A DNA stretch of 64,000 bases from positions 64,001-128,000 of the forward strand of contig CBEUCH010000009.1 in the NCBI GenBank assembly GCA_965541585.1, written 5' to 3'. Each line of letters starts with the position of its first letter. Position 1 is the stretch's first letter. Of the stretch, positions 36,655 to 46,834 are shown piece after piece. A program made the position numbers and the translations under genes. Source of the DNA: an uncultured bacterium (GTDB taxonomy: Bacteria > Zixibacteria > MSB-5A5 > UBA10806). The notes under the pieces are model-generated. The model searched no databases. It was not told the origin of the DNA and saw only the letters and a list, made by a program, of their open reading frames with translations.

Positions 36655-36725
36655 ATAGTGGCATGCTTATTTTTGCAGGAGCAAGTCCGTCGGGCCGGCA
36701 AGGCATTATTTGCGAATTCAAATTC

Positions 36726-37295
36726 TCAGATAAAAAAGCTCAAGCCGCCAGCTATCTCCAATGACGATTTTAGGCTAAGCTCATCCCCGAAGAAGCTACG
36801 ATATGCAATCTGCATCCTCACCGCTGCATGCTTGCGGAAAAAGTGACGAATACCTCCCTGAAATCCCACATATCCCTCTGTATCTGTATCACCATTGGAG
36901 AGAGAGAGAACTCCCAAAAGGACGCTTGCGAAAGGGGACGTCCTGGCATCCGATTCTCCGAAAGCAGCCCCTATTCCACCCTCAGTGTTAAAGACTCTGA
37001 AATCACCGCCATCGCTTACGTTAAACAAAGAAAAACCGAAGTCGAACACGATCAGCGATTTCGTCCAAACCGACATCCGCAGCATGGACGTCATCGGGAA
37101 AGCGCTTGAACCACCCGGGATCGTTAAATAAGACTCGGTGTTATCTCCTCCAAAATAACCTTCGAAGGTTAATACGTTGAGACCCCCGAGCAAGGCAAAC
37201 TCTACGCTGCCGCCATCAGGTCTCTGGGCAAGCGTATTTGATGTAAAAGTCAGAATCGTTAGAATAGTAAGAGCTAAAGTAATCGTAAATCTCAT
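36726..37295 (-). CDS. Small outer-membrane beta-barrel protein
   Basis: Signal peptide ending TLA-Q, alternating amphipathic strands, C-terminal GGLSFFI; SD AGGAG. Confidence 0.75.
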   Translation of the reverse strand: MRFTITLALTILTILTFTSNTLAQRPDGGSVEFALLGGLNVLTFEGYFGGDNTESYLTIPGGSSAFPMTSMLRMSVWTKSLIVFDFGFSLFNVSDGGDFRVFNTEGGIGAAFGESDARTSPFASVLLGVLSLSNGDTDTEGYVGFQGGIRHFFRKHAAVRMQIAYRSFFGDELSLKSSLEIAGGLSFFI

Positions 37296-37576
37296 ACCTT
37301 CTCCTCAGTTTCTAAGTGCTCATAATTTCATCATTCATGTGCGCTGAATAAAGACTCTCATGCCGCTATCGGGCCTATCCGTTCCCGTAGGTAGCCATGC
37401 ACATAACAGAAAACTTTCCTCAATCCACATCATATTCAACGATGAGACTTACTCCTTCTATTCAGTTTTAGAGCTTCGCAAGGGAAAATCGCGTTTACGC
37501 AAATATGGGAACTTTTGCCTATATTAGCAACCTGATTTTCCGGCAGGCGCAATGAAGATAATTTCCCTCAACCGGC

Positions 37577-37604
37577 TTGACTTCCCTGATCGATCCCATA
37601 TATT
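37577..37604 (+). promoter_or_regulatory. Sigma70-like promoter of the rib operon
   Basis: TTGACT-16nt-TATATT placing +1 at the start of the riboswitch. Confidence 0.6.
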
Positions 37605-37609
37605 ACCCC

Positions 37610-37728
37610 TGTCTTCGGGGCGAGGCGAAAATCCTCGACCGGCGGTGAGAGCCCGCGAGTCCCGCAAAAGTGGGATTGAGCCGGTGGAATTCCGGTGCCG
37701 ACGGTGAAAGTCCGGATGGGAGAAGACA
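37610..37728 (+). ncRNA. FMN riboswitch (RFN element)
   Basis: CTTCGGGGCGAGGCGAAAATCCTCGACCGGCGGT...AGCCCGCGAG...GAGCCGGTGGAATTCCGGTGCCGACGGTGAAAGTCCGGATGGGAGAAG matches the RFN consensus; upstream of ribD. Confidence 0.97.
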
Positions 37729-37756
37729 ACTGATGGTGATGATATACCATCTGTAT

Positions 37757-37778
37757 CCCCCGAAGTCGGGGTTTTTTT
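37757..37778 (+). terminator. Riboswitch expression-platform terminator
   Basis: CCCCGA-AG-TCGGGG-TTTTTTT; 5' arm CCCCGAAG is complementary to aptamer CTTCGGGG (37613-37620). Confidence 0.85.
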
Positions 37779-38853
37779 GTTGGCCGACTTTGAAAAATTA
37801 ATGGCAGAAGCCTTTGAACTGGCGGAGAAAGGGCTGGGGTATACTAGTCCCAATCCCGCTGTTGGCGCCATGCTCTTCAAACGCGATCGGATTATTGCCA
37901 AAGGCTACCACAGGCGCGCCGGCCTGCCTCATGCTGAAATAGAGGTTATCAGGACAGCCGATAAGAATGCCCGCGGCTCAACTCTAATAGTTACTCTCGA
38001 ACCCTGTCCACATCACGGTAAAACTCCGCCCTGTACCGATGCGATTATCGCTGCTGGTATAAAAAAAGTCGTGGGGCCCATAACTGATAAGAATCCTCAA
38101 GTTTGCGGCAGGGGATATCGAAAGCTTCGCCAGGCAGGTATCGAGGTGGTAAGCGGCGTTCTGAAAAAGCAGGCCCGGAGATTTTACGAGCCTTATTTTA
38201 AATTCATCACCACCGGCCTGCCATTCGTGACACTGAAATTCGCTCAGAGTATCGATGGCAGGATCGCTACCCGAAATGGCAATTCACGCTGGATATCCTC
38301 GCCGGAATCGCTTAAACTATCACATAAGATAAGGGCTGTAACCGACTCTGTGTTAATCGGTAATGAAACTCTTGGTATGGACAATCCACAGCTTACCACC
38401 AGACTTGCGAAAGGCCCCAATCCTATCAGGATTTTGCTTTCCGCCTCCGGACGAGTAGCCAGACGACGAACCATGTTTACCAACGGGGCGGCGCCAACAT
38501 ATGTCGCCACTGCAACGAATTCGAATTTGAAGCAAAGCGGAAATTTGAAAATCATCAGGGTCAAAAATTCGAAATCCGGCCTTGATTTGAAAGACCTTCT
38601 GTCGAAGCTCGGCAAGATGGGCATAGTCACTCTTCTGGTCGAGGGCGGATCGCAGGTATTGACATCGTTTATCAAACAAAGGATGGCGGATAGGGTTATG
38701 GTCTTTATCGCTCCCATCATGATAGGCGACGGTGTCCCGGCTATCGGGAACCTGGGGGTGGCGAACATTAAAGATTCTATAGCTCTGGGTGAAATGGAAT
38801 GGTTCAAATCGGGACCAGATCTGTTCGTAAGCGGGCGACCGATTTGGGGATAA
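37777..38853 (+). CDS. ribD: Bifunctional deaminase/reductase RibD (start uncertain)
   Basis: SPNPAVGA, HAE, LEPCPHHGKTPPC, SIDGRIA, LLVEGG. Confidence 0.96.
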   Translation: MLADFEKLMAEAFELAEKGLGYTSPNPAVGAMLFKRDRIIAKGYHRRAGLPHAEIEVIRTADKNARGSTLIVTLEPCPHHGKTPPCTDAIIAAGIKKVVGPITDKNPQVCGRGYRKLRQAGIEVVSGVLKKQARRFYEPYFKFITTGLPFVTLKFAQSIDGRIATRNGNSRWISSPESLKLSHKIRAVTDSVLIGNETLGMDNPQLTTRLAKGPNPIRILLSASGRVARRRTMFTNGAAPTYVATATNSNLKQSGNLKIIRVKNSKSGLDLKDLLSKLGKMGIVTLLVEGGSQVLTSFIKQRMADRVMVFIAPIMIGDGVPAIGNLGVANIKDSIALGEMEWFKSGPDLFVSGRPIWG

Positions 38854-38854
38854 G

Positions 38855-39490
38855 ATGTTCACCGGTATAATACAGGAAATCGGACGGGTGAAATCGATTG
38901 CCGGGAGAGGCGGCAATCGGGCTATCGCCGTGGATTCAAGCAAACTGATCAGCAAACTCGATATCGGTTTTTCCATCGCGATCAATGGCGTCTGCCTGAC
39001 CGTGACGGAGCTTTCCGGGGAAAAATTCATAGTCGAGGCCATCGGGGAGACTCTTAAACGCACCAATCTCGGCCAATTAGGCACTGGTTCTCCTGTAAAC
39101 ATGGAAGTGCCATTACGGCCGGATGACTTACTTCATGGCCATCTGGTACAGGGGCATATCGATTGTACGGGAATTATCTCCCGAATCTCCCGGGCTGACG
39201 GAAGTGTGATCTTTGCCATAGACTATCCCGCTGAATACGGAAAGTTCCTGATCGAAAAAGGTTCCATAGCGGTCGACGGGATCAGCCTGACAACAGTGGA
39301 ATTGTCAGACAGCCATTTCACTGTTGCGTTGATACCTCATACGATAGAAAACACCAATTTTAAATACAGGAGGTCGGGCGAAACTGTAAATCTGGAGTTC
39401 GATATGATAGCCAAGTATGTCGAGAGAATGGTTATGCCCGGGAATAGAAAATTAACGGTAAACTTTTTAAAGGAGCATGGATTCGGTTGA
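38855..39490 (+). CDS. ribE: Riboflavin synthase (alpha chain)
   Basis: MFTGII, SIAINGVCLTV, GHLVQGHID, KGSIAVDGISLT. Confidence 0.97.
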   Translation: MFTGIIQEIGRVKSIAGRGGNRAIAVDSSKLISKLDIGFSIAINGVCLTVTELSGEKFIVEAIGETLKRTNLGQLGTGSPVNMEVPLRPDDLLHGHLVQGHIDCTGIISRISRADGSVIFAIDYPAEYGKFLIEKGSIAVDGISLTTVELSDSHFTVALIPHTIENTNFKYRRSGETVNLEFDMIAKYVERMVMPGNRKLTVNFLKEHGFG

Positions 39491-39516
39491 GATTTTTTAA
39501 CCGGCCATGAGAATAA

Positions 39517-40749
39517 ATGTCTGAACTTTCTACCATCGAAGAAGCAATTGAGTGGATAAAGCAGGGCCGCATCGTGATCGTAGTGGATGATGAAAACCGC
39601 GAAAACGAAGGCGATCTGGTCCTGGCGGCGGAATTCATCACTCCCGAAAAGGTGAATTTCCTTACGAAGTATGCCCGCGGTTTGATTTGTGTGCCCATGC
39701 CCGGGGAGCGATTGGAGGAACTCAAGCTGACCCCCATGGTGCAATTCAACACCGCGCTGCACGGGACGAGATTCACGGTTTCGGTTGATGCAGTGAAGAA
39801 CACGACCACCGGCATTTCGGCTCAGGACCGAGCAATGACGATAGAGACCCTGGCCGACGACGGTGCGCAACCCGAGGATCTGGGGCGACCGGGCCATATA
39901 TTTCCGATCGAGGCCAGACCGGGGGGAGTTCTCTCCCGCGCCGGCCATACCGAAGCCACCGTTGATCTCTGTCGCCTGGCCGGGCTTAAACCGTATGGCG
40001 TCCTCTCCGAAATACTCGACGATGACGGTAAGATGGCTCGTTTGCCTCTGCTTTTGCAGATGGCCGGAGATATGGATCTGAAAATCATAAGCGTCGAGGA
40101 TCTCATAAAATACCGTCGTCGAAATGAGAAGCTGGTTAAGATGGTCACCACGGTCGATCTGCCTACCGAACATGGGAAGTTCAAATTGCATCTATACAAG
40201 AGTTCCATTGATGACCACCATCATCTGGCTCTGGAGAAGGGCGATGTCCGGGGCAAGCAGGATGTTATGGTCAGGGTGCACTCGTCCTGTCTCACCGGTG
40301 ATGTCTTCGGATCATGCCGGTGCGATTGTGGCGAGCAGCTTACCGCCTCCATGGAATTGATCGACAATGAGGGATTGGGTGTAGTGTTATATATGCGGCA
40401 GGAGGGCAGAGGCATCGGTCTGGCCAAGAAAATACTGGCATACAAACTTCAGGATGAAGGACGAGATACCGTCGAGGCCAACGTCGAACTTGGATTTCCG
40501 GCGGATCTGAGAGATTACGGAGTGGGGGCGCAGATTCTCGCCGATCTCGGCCTGACAACGATTCGGCTTCTCACAAATAACCCCAGGAAGGTGGTAGGAC
40601 TGCAAGCCTTTGATCTAAAGGTTACGGGACGTATACCGTTACAGACGACACCGAACAAGCATAATGTCCGCTACCTTGAAACCAAACGGGATAAGCTGGG
40701 ACACCTGATAGATAGCACCAGCGCAGAGGATTTAAAGGAATGCAAATAA
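39517..40749 (+). CDS. ribBA: Bifunctional DHBP synthase / GTP cyclohydrolase II
   Basis: VVDDENRENEGD, RAGHTEA, RVHSSCLTGD...CDC, QEGRGIGL, LLTNNP. Confidence 0.97.
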   Translation: MSELSTIEEAIEWIKQGRIVIVVDDENRENEGDLVLAAEFITPEKVNFLTKYARGLICVPMPGERLEELKLTPMVQFNTALHGTRFTVSVDAVKNTTTGISAQDRAMTIETLADDGAQPEDLGRPGHIFPIEARPGGVLSRAGHTEATVDLCRLAGLKPYGVLSEILDDDGKMARLPLLLQMAGDMDLKIISVEDLIKYRRRNEKLVKMVTTVDLPTEHGKFKLHLYKSSIDDHHHLALEKGDVRGKQDVMVRVHSSCLTGDVFGSCRCDCGEQLTASMELIDNEGLGVVLYMRQEGRGIGLAKKILAYKLQDEGRDTVEANVELGFPADLRDYGVGAQILADLGLTTIRLLTNNPRKVVGLQAFDLKVTGRIPLQTTPNKHNVRYLETKRDKLGHLIDSTSAEDLKECK

Positions 40750-40759
40750 GGAGTAAGAA

Positions 40760-41224
40760 ATGACCAAAGAGATTCACGGAGAGCTGAACGCAACAGGGAA
40801 GAAGTTTGCTATCCTTGTTTCGCGATTCAACGATTTTCTTACGGCAAGAATCAAGGACGGCGCTATTGATTGCCTTGTAAGGCATGGGGCTTCCGACAAC
40901 GATATCGCCGTGGTCTGGGTACCCGGATCTTTCGAGTTGCCCCCTGTGGCCGCACGGTTGGCTGAGAATGGCCAATATGATGCCATCATTTGCCTGGGGG
41001 CCTTGATCCGCGGCCAGACTCCTCATTTCGATTATATAGCATCTGAGGTGGCCAAGGGGATCGGGAGAATTGGTCTTGAAAAAAACATCCCGGTAATCTT
41101 CGGTGTGGTCACCGCAGATACGCTGGAACAGGCCATCGAAAGGGCCGGTGCCAAGCAAGGGAATAAGGGATTTCAGGCGGCGTTATCCGCTATAGAGATG
41201 ATCGATCTTTACGGCAGGCTTTGA
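40760..41224 (+). CDS. ribH: 6,7-dimethyl-8-ribityllumazine synthase
   Basis: [29 protein letters not shown]. Confidence 0.97.
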   Translation: MTKEIHGELNATGKKFAILVSRFNDFLTARIKDGAIDCLVRHGASDNDIAVVWVPGSFELPPVAARLAENGQYDAIICLGALIRGQTPHFDYIASEVAKGIGRIGLEKNIPVIFGVVTADTLEQAIERAGAKQGNKGFQAALSAIEMIDLYGRL

Positions 41225-41628
41225 TGGGCAAAAGAAGAGACGCAAGGGAGACGGTTTTAGAAGCTCTTTATTGCTATGAGATAAGGGACGCCTCGAGCAT
41301 TGATGGGATTTTCGAATATTGCAGGGAGACCCATCAGCTGGATGATGAATCCGCCGAGTTCGCAAGAAATCTCTTTACGAAAACCGTGGAGAATCTGAGT
41401 GAGCTTGACAAGAAAATAGCGGCCCACACAACGAACTGGGATCTTGATCGGCTGGCGACCATCGATAAGAATGTACTTCGACTTGGACTGGCAGAGCTGT
41501 TTTATTTCCCTGATATCCCCAAGAAAGTTTCTATCGACGAGGCCATTGAGCTGGCCAAAACATACGGCACCGCCGAGTCAGGCCGGTTTGTCAACGGCGT
41601 ACTCGACGCACTGATTAAGGATCTATAG
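41224..41628 (+). CDS. nusB: Transcription antitermination factor NusB
   Basis: RRDARE, NWDLDRL, IDEAIELAK, FVNGVLD. Confidence 0.96.
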   Translation: MGKRRDARETVLEALYCYEIRDASSIDGIFEYCRETHQLDDESAEFARNLFTKTVENLSELDKKIAAHTTNWDLDRLATIDKNVLRLGLAELFYFPDIPKKVSIDEAIELAKTYGTAESGRFVNGVLDALIKDL

Positions 41629-41677
41629 TCTATCTTATATTGACAGAATCATCCGGTTTATAGTAGGTTAGACGCAC

Positions 41678-41703
41678 AAAGCACCCGGGGCAGGTGCCTT
41701 TTT
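41678..41703 (+). terminator. Probable terminator after nusB
   Basis: GCACC-CGGGGCA-GGTGC followed by CTTTTT. Confidence 0.5.
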
Positions 41704-41795
41704 CAAATATGACGATTGGCCTGATCTAAATAAGGAAGAGCCGGGACGGGAAAATATGCTGAACTCAATTGACTTTTGTCGAATATAATATCAGG

Positions 41796-44405
41796 ATGAA
41801 GTTATATAAGGACAAATATTTCTTAAGCTTATCGATATCAGCAACTCTAATCAGCCTCATCATCTACTGGATAACCAAGGCTCCGACCTTCTCTTTCTGG
41901 GATTGCGGTGAGTTCATAGCCGCATCATATATTATGGGTGTGCCTCATCCGCCAGGCTATCCTTTATATATAATTCTGGGGCGGTTTATATCTTTGCTCC
42001 CCCTTTCCCCGGATATTGCTGTTCGTGTGAATCTGCTCTCGGTGTTCGGTGCTACGGCATCGGTATTAGTGGCTTATTGGCTCATCCTGAGAGCTACCTT
42101 GGGATGGGGAGAGAATGTTCCGGGAGGTTTGAGAAAGATCGGGGCTGGTATCGGGGCTCTGGCCGGGTCTATCATAATGGGATTCTCGTACACCTTCTGG
42201 TCCAGCGCCGTGGAGGCCGAGGTTTACACCCTATCGATGTTCCTGATGCTTCTGGCAAATTACCTGGCCTTCAAATGGGGACACGATACTCGAAGCAAAG
42301 GACGCGACCGCTCAATTCTTTTGATTTCCTATCTCATGTGGTTATCGCTTGGCATACATATGACTACCTTTATTCTGATGCTGCCGATAGTTGCATATAT
42401 GGCTTATAAGGATTACGTTGAAAGCGGATTTCGACGCTGGCCAGTATGGGCCGTGATGGCGATATTTATCCTGTATGCCGTGCCTCTCCATGTTGAAATT
42501 CTACGACTTTTCGGCATAGACCTGACAAGATATGAACTCGAATCATTCATATTGATTTTTGTAACGGCCCTGGTTATCGCCTCACTGGTAGCCCTGATTA
42601 AGAATATAAGAAAATCCAGAAGCGCGCATGTCTGGACCCTGGCTGCAACGACCATGATCTTCGCCGCCATAGGATACTCTACCGTAGTTTATATTCCTAT
42701 CAGGGCATCCCAGAATCCAGGTATCAACGAGAATAACCCATCGAACTGGAACCGCTATAAAGGCTTTCTCGAGCGCAAGCAATATGGTCAGGAATCGATG
42801 ATCCGACGGATGCTGAAGAGACGGGGAAGCTGGACCAACCAACTGGTATCCGATCCCAGGTTTGGATTATGGGCGAATTTCTCTTTTCAGTATGCCTCTC
42901 CGGACACAAGGATCGCCCTCTTTGATACGAATAAACGTGGTGATGGAGGAGTCGGGACCGAATTCAGCCTTGCGCTGCCCATGCTCTTCGTGATTATCGG
43001 CTTGTATGGAATATATGAAATCTTAAGGCGCGCACCGCCCGAGGGGATCTTCCTCTTTACGACACTGATGATATGTACTATCGGGCTGGCAATTTATATG
43101 AATTTCTCCGATGGTTCCTATAATACCGCTATCGCCCCCGCAGCCGAGGTGCGCAACAGAGACTATTTCTACACGCCGGGATTTATGTATTTCGCTGTGA
43201 TGATCGGGATCGGTATGGTGTATCTTCTCCAATGGCTTGGCGGTAAAACCAGGTTGCCCGGCACAGTTGGGTATTTCATGCGTGCGATCTTCACGCTGGC
43301 CCTGATTACAGCAATTATACTATCGGCGCAGACGGTTCGCGCCAACTTCGAGCAAAACGACAGGCGCGGCAATTTTCTTCCCTGGGATTACGCAAACAAT
43401 ATACTGAATTCATGCGATTCCGATGCAATCCTTTTTACCAACGGTGATAACGATACTTTTCCGCTATGGTGCCTGCAGGAGGTCGATAGCATCCGGACGG
43501 ATGTTAGAATCGTGAACTTAAGTCTGTTGAACACTTCCTGGTATATCAATCAATTAAAAAATCAAATGGATATCCCTATCACCCTGCGCGACGGTGAGAT
43601 CGATAGTCTTCAAGCGTTCCTTCTTCCCGACCGTGAAGGTTTGTGGCGGGTACAGGATCAGATGATCCAGCATATCGTGACCAATATCCAAAGGGACGGC
43701 TGGAAAGTACCCGTTTATTTTGCCATTACGGTTCCTTCCCGGAACAGGCTCGGTCTGGACGATCACCTGGTCATGGAGGGAATGACTTATCGCATAACCG
43801 AATCGTCCGGCGTTAACCGCGTGGATACCGGTATCGGGTATAAGATTTTTGCGGCAGCGGAACACTTCAGGGGTATAGACGATCCCTCCGTGGGGAAAGA
43901 TGAAAATGATCGGCGGATGGTTGTAAACTATATCGTGGCGATGCTGCAGGTGGCAGACGCATACCAGAAGGAGGGCCATATAGATTCGGCAACCTATATA
44001 GCCGAGATGGCTGTTGAATTACAAGCCCAGATCAATTTCTGGCAGGCCAAGGCGTATCTTGCCATAATATATGCCGCAGACCGCAGGTTTGACAAAGTAG
44101 CAGATCTTGCCCGGGACTCTTCCGAAGGTGAGAAGATTTTCCTGGCTGCCTCGCAGGACCTTATCAAGAATTCAGAGTATTCTGCTGCTGCCGGGCTGCT
44201 GGAGCTAACCTTGAGGGAATACCCTTCGTCGTTCACGGCCCTTAACAACCTGGCCGCTATATACTACCAGAACGGCGATACTGTCGCGATCGATACCCTG
44301 ATAGCGAAATTTCGTGCGGATAACATAAATGATCTTAACCTGTTAATGACGCTGGATCAATTGGCTGATCGGCTGAATAAGCTTCCGCCATTGCTTAAGA
44401 GGTAG
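41796..44405 (+). CDS. DUF2723 / TMEM260-like GT-C membrane glycosyltransferase with C-terminal TPR
   Basis: APTFSFWDCGEF, VPHPPGYP, FWSSAVEAEVY, EVRNRDYF, FTNGDNDTFPLW motifs; many TM helices. Confidence 0.9.
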   Translation: MKLYKDKYFLSLSISATLISLIIYWITKAPTFSFWDCGEFIAASYIMGVPHPPGYPLYIILGRFISLLPLSPDIAVRVNLLSVFGATASVLVAYWLILRATLGWGENVPGGLRKIGAGIGALAGSIIMGFSYTFWSSAVEAEVYTLSMFLMLLANYLAFKWGHDTRSKGRDRSILLISYLMWLSLGIHMTTFILMLPIVAYMAYKDYVESGFRRWPVWAVMAIFILYAVPLHVEILRLFGIDLTRYELESFILIFVTALVIASLVALIKNIRKSRSAHVWTLAATTMIFAAIGYSTVVYIPIRASQNPGINENNPSNWNRYKGFLERKQYGQESMIRRMLKRRGSWTNQLVSDPRFGLWANFSFQYASPDTRIALFDTNKRGDGGVGTEFSLALPMLFVIIGLYGIYEILRRAPPEGIFLFTTLMICTIGLAIYMNFSDGSYNTAIAPAAEVRNRDYFYTPGFMYFAVMIGIGMVYLLQWLGGKTRLPGTVGYFMRAIFTLALITAIILSAQTVRANFEQNDRRGNFLPWDYANNILNSCDSDAILFTNGDNDTFPLWCLQEVDSIRTDVRIVNLSLLNTSWYINQLKNQMDIPITLRDGEIDSLQAFLLPDREGLWRVQDQMIQHIVTNIQRDGWKVPVYFAITVPSRNRLGLDDHLVMEGMTYRITESSGVNRVDTGIGYKIFAAAEHFRGIDDPSVGKDENDRRMVVNYIVAMLQVADAYQKEGHIDSATYIAEMAVELQAQINFWQAKAYLAIIYAADRRFDKVADLARDSSEGEKIFLAASQDLIKNSEYSAAAGLLELTLREYPSSFTALNNLAAIYYQNGDTVAIDTLIAKFRADNINDLNLLMTLDQLADRLNKLPPLLKR

Positions 44406-44407
44406 AT

Positions 44408-45520
44408 TTGAGAATACTGGCGTTAAACTGGCAGGATTTGAAGAACCCTCAGTCCGGGGGAGCCGAGGTTCACTTAGAGGAGATCTTAAAAAGGCTGGTT
44501 CGATCGGGACACCAGGTTGATCTCTTATGCAGCAATTATCCGGGCGGGTCGAAAACAGACGTTACCTCCGGCATAAAAATCAATCGACACGGGTCACGCT
44601 ATAATTTCAACTGGGTTGCTCCCTTCGTCATGAGAAAGCTCATAAAAGCGAATAGATATGATGTGGTCGTGGAAGATATCAATAAAATCCCGTTCTATTC
44701 GCCTGTTTATCAAAAGCTGCCCACGCTCATCGTCATCCCGCATCTTTTCGCAGACGCCGTTTTCAAGGAGATCAATTTTCTTCTGGGCACTTATATATAT
44801 TTATCAGAGAAACTGGTCGCCAGAGTTTACAGGAAGAATAGTTTCATGGTGATCTCTAATTCTACTGCCGCAGAACTGGAGAAGCGCGGCGTGCCCCGTG
44901 AGAGTATCCACGTGGTTGAATGCGGTGTCGACAAAGAGGTCTATCGATTCGACCCGGAGGTGCACAAATTCGAGGTTCCGACCCTCCTGTATGTTGGCCG
45001 GTTGAAGAAATATAAGTCGGTGGAGACGGTGATCGAGGCAATGCCCGCGATACGCGGTTCAGTTCCCGCGGCCCGGCTGATCGTCATAGGCGCCGGCGAT
45101 CACAGGTCGATCCTCGAGCATCGAGTCTCGGCTCTCGGTTTACGGGATGCCGTCGAGTTCAAGGGATACATTCCGGAAACGGAGAAGGTGTCGTATCTCC
45201 GGCGCGCTCACATTTCCGTGTATCCATCCTTGAAGGAAGGCTGGGGATTGACCAATATTGAGGCCAATGCCTGCGGGACGGCGGTTCTCGCTGCCAGGGT
45301 ACCGGGCCTTCAGGATTCTGTTGATGAAGGAAATTCCGGGCTACTTTTTGAATATGGCGATGTCGGTCAAATCTCCGAACTGGCGATTAAGTTACTCACC
45401 GATGAAGCACATAGAAGGGCTATCGAAATGGGAGGGCTTCGCTGGGCTGCCAACTTTTCCTGGGATAAGGCTGCCCGGGATACAGAGGAAATCCTGAGAA
45501 GGATCGCTGTAGAACGGTGA
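44408..45520 (+). CDS. Glycosyltransferase family 4
   Basis: NWQDLKNPQSGGAE, YVGRLKKYK, EGWGLTNIEA. Confidence 0.93.
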   Translation: MRILALNWQDLKNPQSGGAEVHLEEILKRLVRSGHQVDLLCSNYPGGSKTDVTSGIKINRHGSRYNFNWVAPFVMRKLIKANRYDVVVEDINKIPFYSPVYQKLPTLIVIPHLFADAVFKEINFLLGTYIYLSEKLVARVYRKNSFMVISNSTAAELEKRGVPRESIHVVECGVDKEVYRFDPEVHKFEVPTLLYVGRLKKYKSVETVIEAMPAIRGSVPAARLIVIGAGDHRSILEHRVSALGLRDAVEFKGYIPETEKVSYLRRAHISVYPSLKEGWGLTNIEANACGTAVLAARVPGLQDSVDEGNSGLLFEYGDVGQISELAIKLLTDEAHRRAIEMGGLRWAANFSWDKAARDTEEILRRIAVER

Positions 45521-46617
45521 AAAAGCGGATCAACGTTATAATCGGCATTCTAATCAGTGCGGTATTCGTCTATCTTGCCTTCAGAAGGGTCGAGCTCACG
45601 GAGGTTATGTATTCTGTTCGGCATGTCAATTACCTCTGGGTGATTCCCAACGCGGTTTCAGTCGTGTTGATGATGGTAATTCGTGCCGAGAGATGGAGGC
45701 ATATTCTCAAGCCGATACGTAAATATGAAATGAAGCAACTATTCCCGCCGGTCATGATCGGTTTTATGGCGAACAACGTTCTCCCCATTCGATTGGGCGA
45801 GGTTGTCAGAGCGTATTCCCTGGGAGCGAAAACAGGCGAATCGAAATCATCCATATTCGCAACCGTAGTAATAGAGCGCATTTTCGACAGCCTCTCGTTG
45901 ATGGTCTTGTTCTGGCTGGTGATTCTTTTTATTCCGCTTCCAGACATCGTGAGGAAATTGGGAATCGCTACGCTCATACTCAACCTGGTGCTCATAGCCT
46001 TTTTAATCATCCTCAAGAAGAAGGGTAAATCGCTGGTCGGTTGGATAACCGGTCATGCTCAGTTTTTGCCGTCTGGCCTGGCAGAAAAAATCGATCATAT
46101 ATTTCGCAAGTTCGCAGAGGGCTTGAACATAGTCGAGAAGTACAAGTCGCTGGGATTCATAGCGGCCTGGTCGTTATTTCTCTGGGTGGCGACCGGTCTT
46201 TCGAATTATTTCGTATTCATGGCTTTCGGATTCTATCCCGATATTGCGGCTTCGTTTATCCTTCTTCTCCTTGTGGCTGCCGGAGTCATGCTGCCATCAG
46301 CCCCGGGTTTCGTTGGAGTCTTCCAGGCGGCTGTCATAGGTGCATTTGCGCTGTTGAACAACCTGAATATGATCGGCTATCAGTTGACACTGGAGAAAAT
46401 CCAGATGATGTCTCTGACCGTACCTGCATTCTTGGAAGCTCCCATTCCGGCCTTCGGGTCCTATTGCGGGACGCTTGGCCTGTTCGGAATATCTAAAGGG
46501 GAGGCTCTTTCTTTTTCGATAATCTTATGGCTTTGCCAGTATATACCGGTTACACTGATCGGCCTGTATTATCTTAAGCGCCAGCATCTATCGCTAAGGA
46601 TATCAAATGATGGATGA
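45517..46617 (+). CDS. UPF0104 / lysylphosphatidylglycerol-synthase TM-type putative flippase
   Basis: RAERW, GFMANNVLPIRLGE, ERIFD, PSAPGFVG motifs. Confidence 0.9.
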   Translation: MKKRINVIIGILISAVFVYLAFRRVELTEVMYSVRHVNYLWVIPNAVSVVLMMVIRAERWRHILKPIRKYEMKQLFPPVMIGFMANNVLPIRLGEVVRAYSLGAKTGESKSSIFATVVIERIFDSLSLMVLFWLVILFIPLPDIVRKLGIATLILNLVLIAFLIILKKKGKSLVGWITGHAQFLPSGLAEKIDHIFRKFAEGLNIVEKYKSLGFIAAWSLFLWVATGLSNYFVFMAFGFYPDIAASFILLLLVAAGVMLPSAPGFVGVFQAAVIGAFALLNNLNMIGYQLTLEKIQMMSLTVPAFLEAPIPAFGSYCGTLGLFGISKGEALSFSIILWLCQYIPVTLIGLYYLKRQHLSLRISNDG

Positions 46618-46834
46618 AAAAAGAAGCTCATGCAGCGGATCGAAGCAATATGGGCGGCCATTGAAAACAGCGGCATCGATAAATGTTTATTATGGTTTAT
46701 TCGGTTCTGCCATGATCCGGATTACGTCTTGTGCGAATTAGACGATAATGCTATTATGGAATAGATGAAGAACTGAAAGCCAGAGATCCGGAAGGAAGGA
46801 CTATTGCAAAATCTAAATCAGGCGGTCTTGAATT

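Noticed and set aside
39337..40191. Long antisense ORFs (for example 284 aa opposite ribBA, 249 aa opposite ribD/ribE, 241 aa opposite rpiB/glyA)
   Set aside because: Fully overlap well-conserved genes on the other strand and contain no motifs; expected codon-bias shadows.
46607..46741. 44-codon ORF in the spacer before the GT2
   Set aside because: Short, with no recognisable motif or hydrophobic pattern; cannot be supported.
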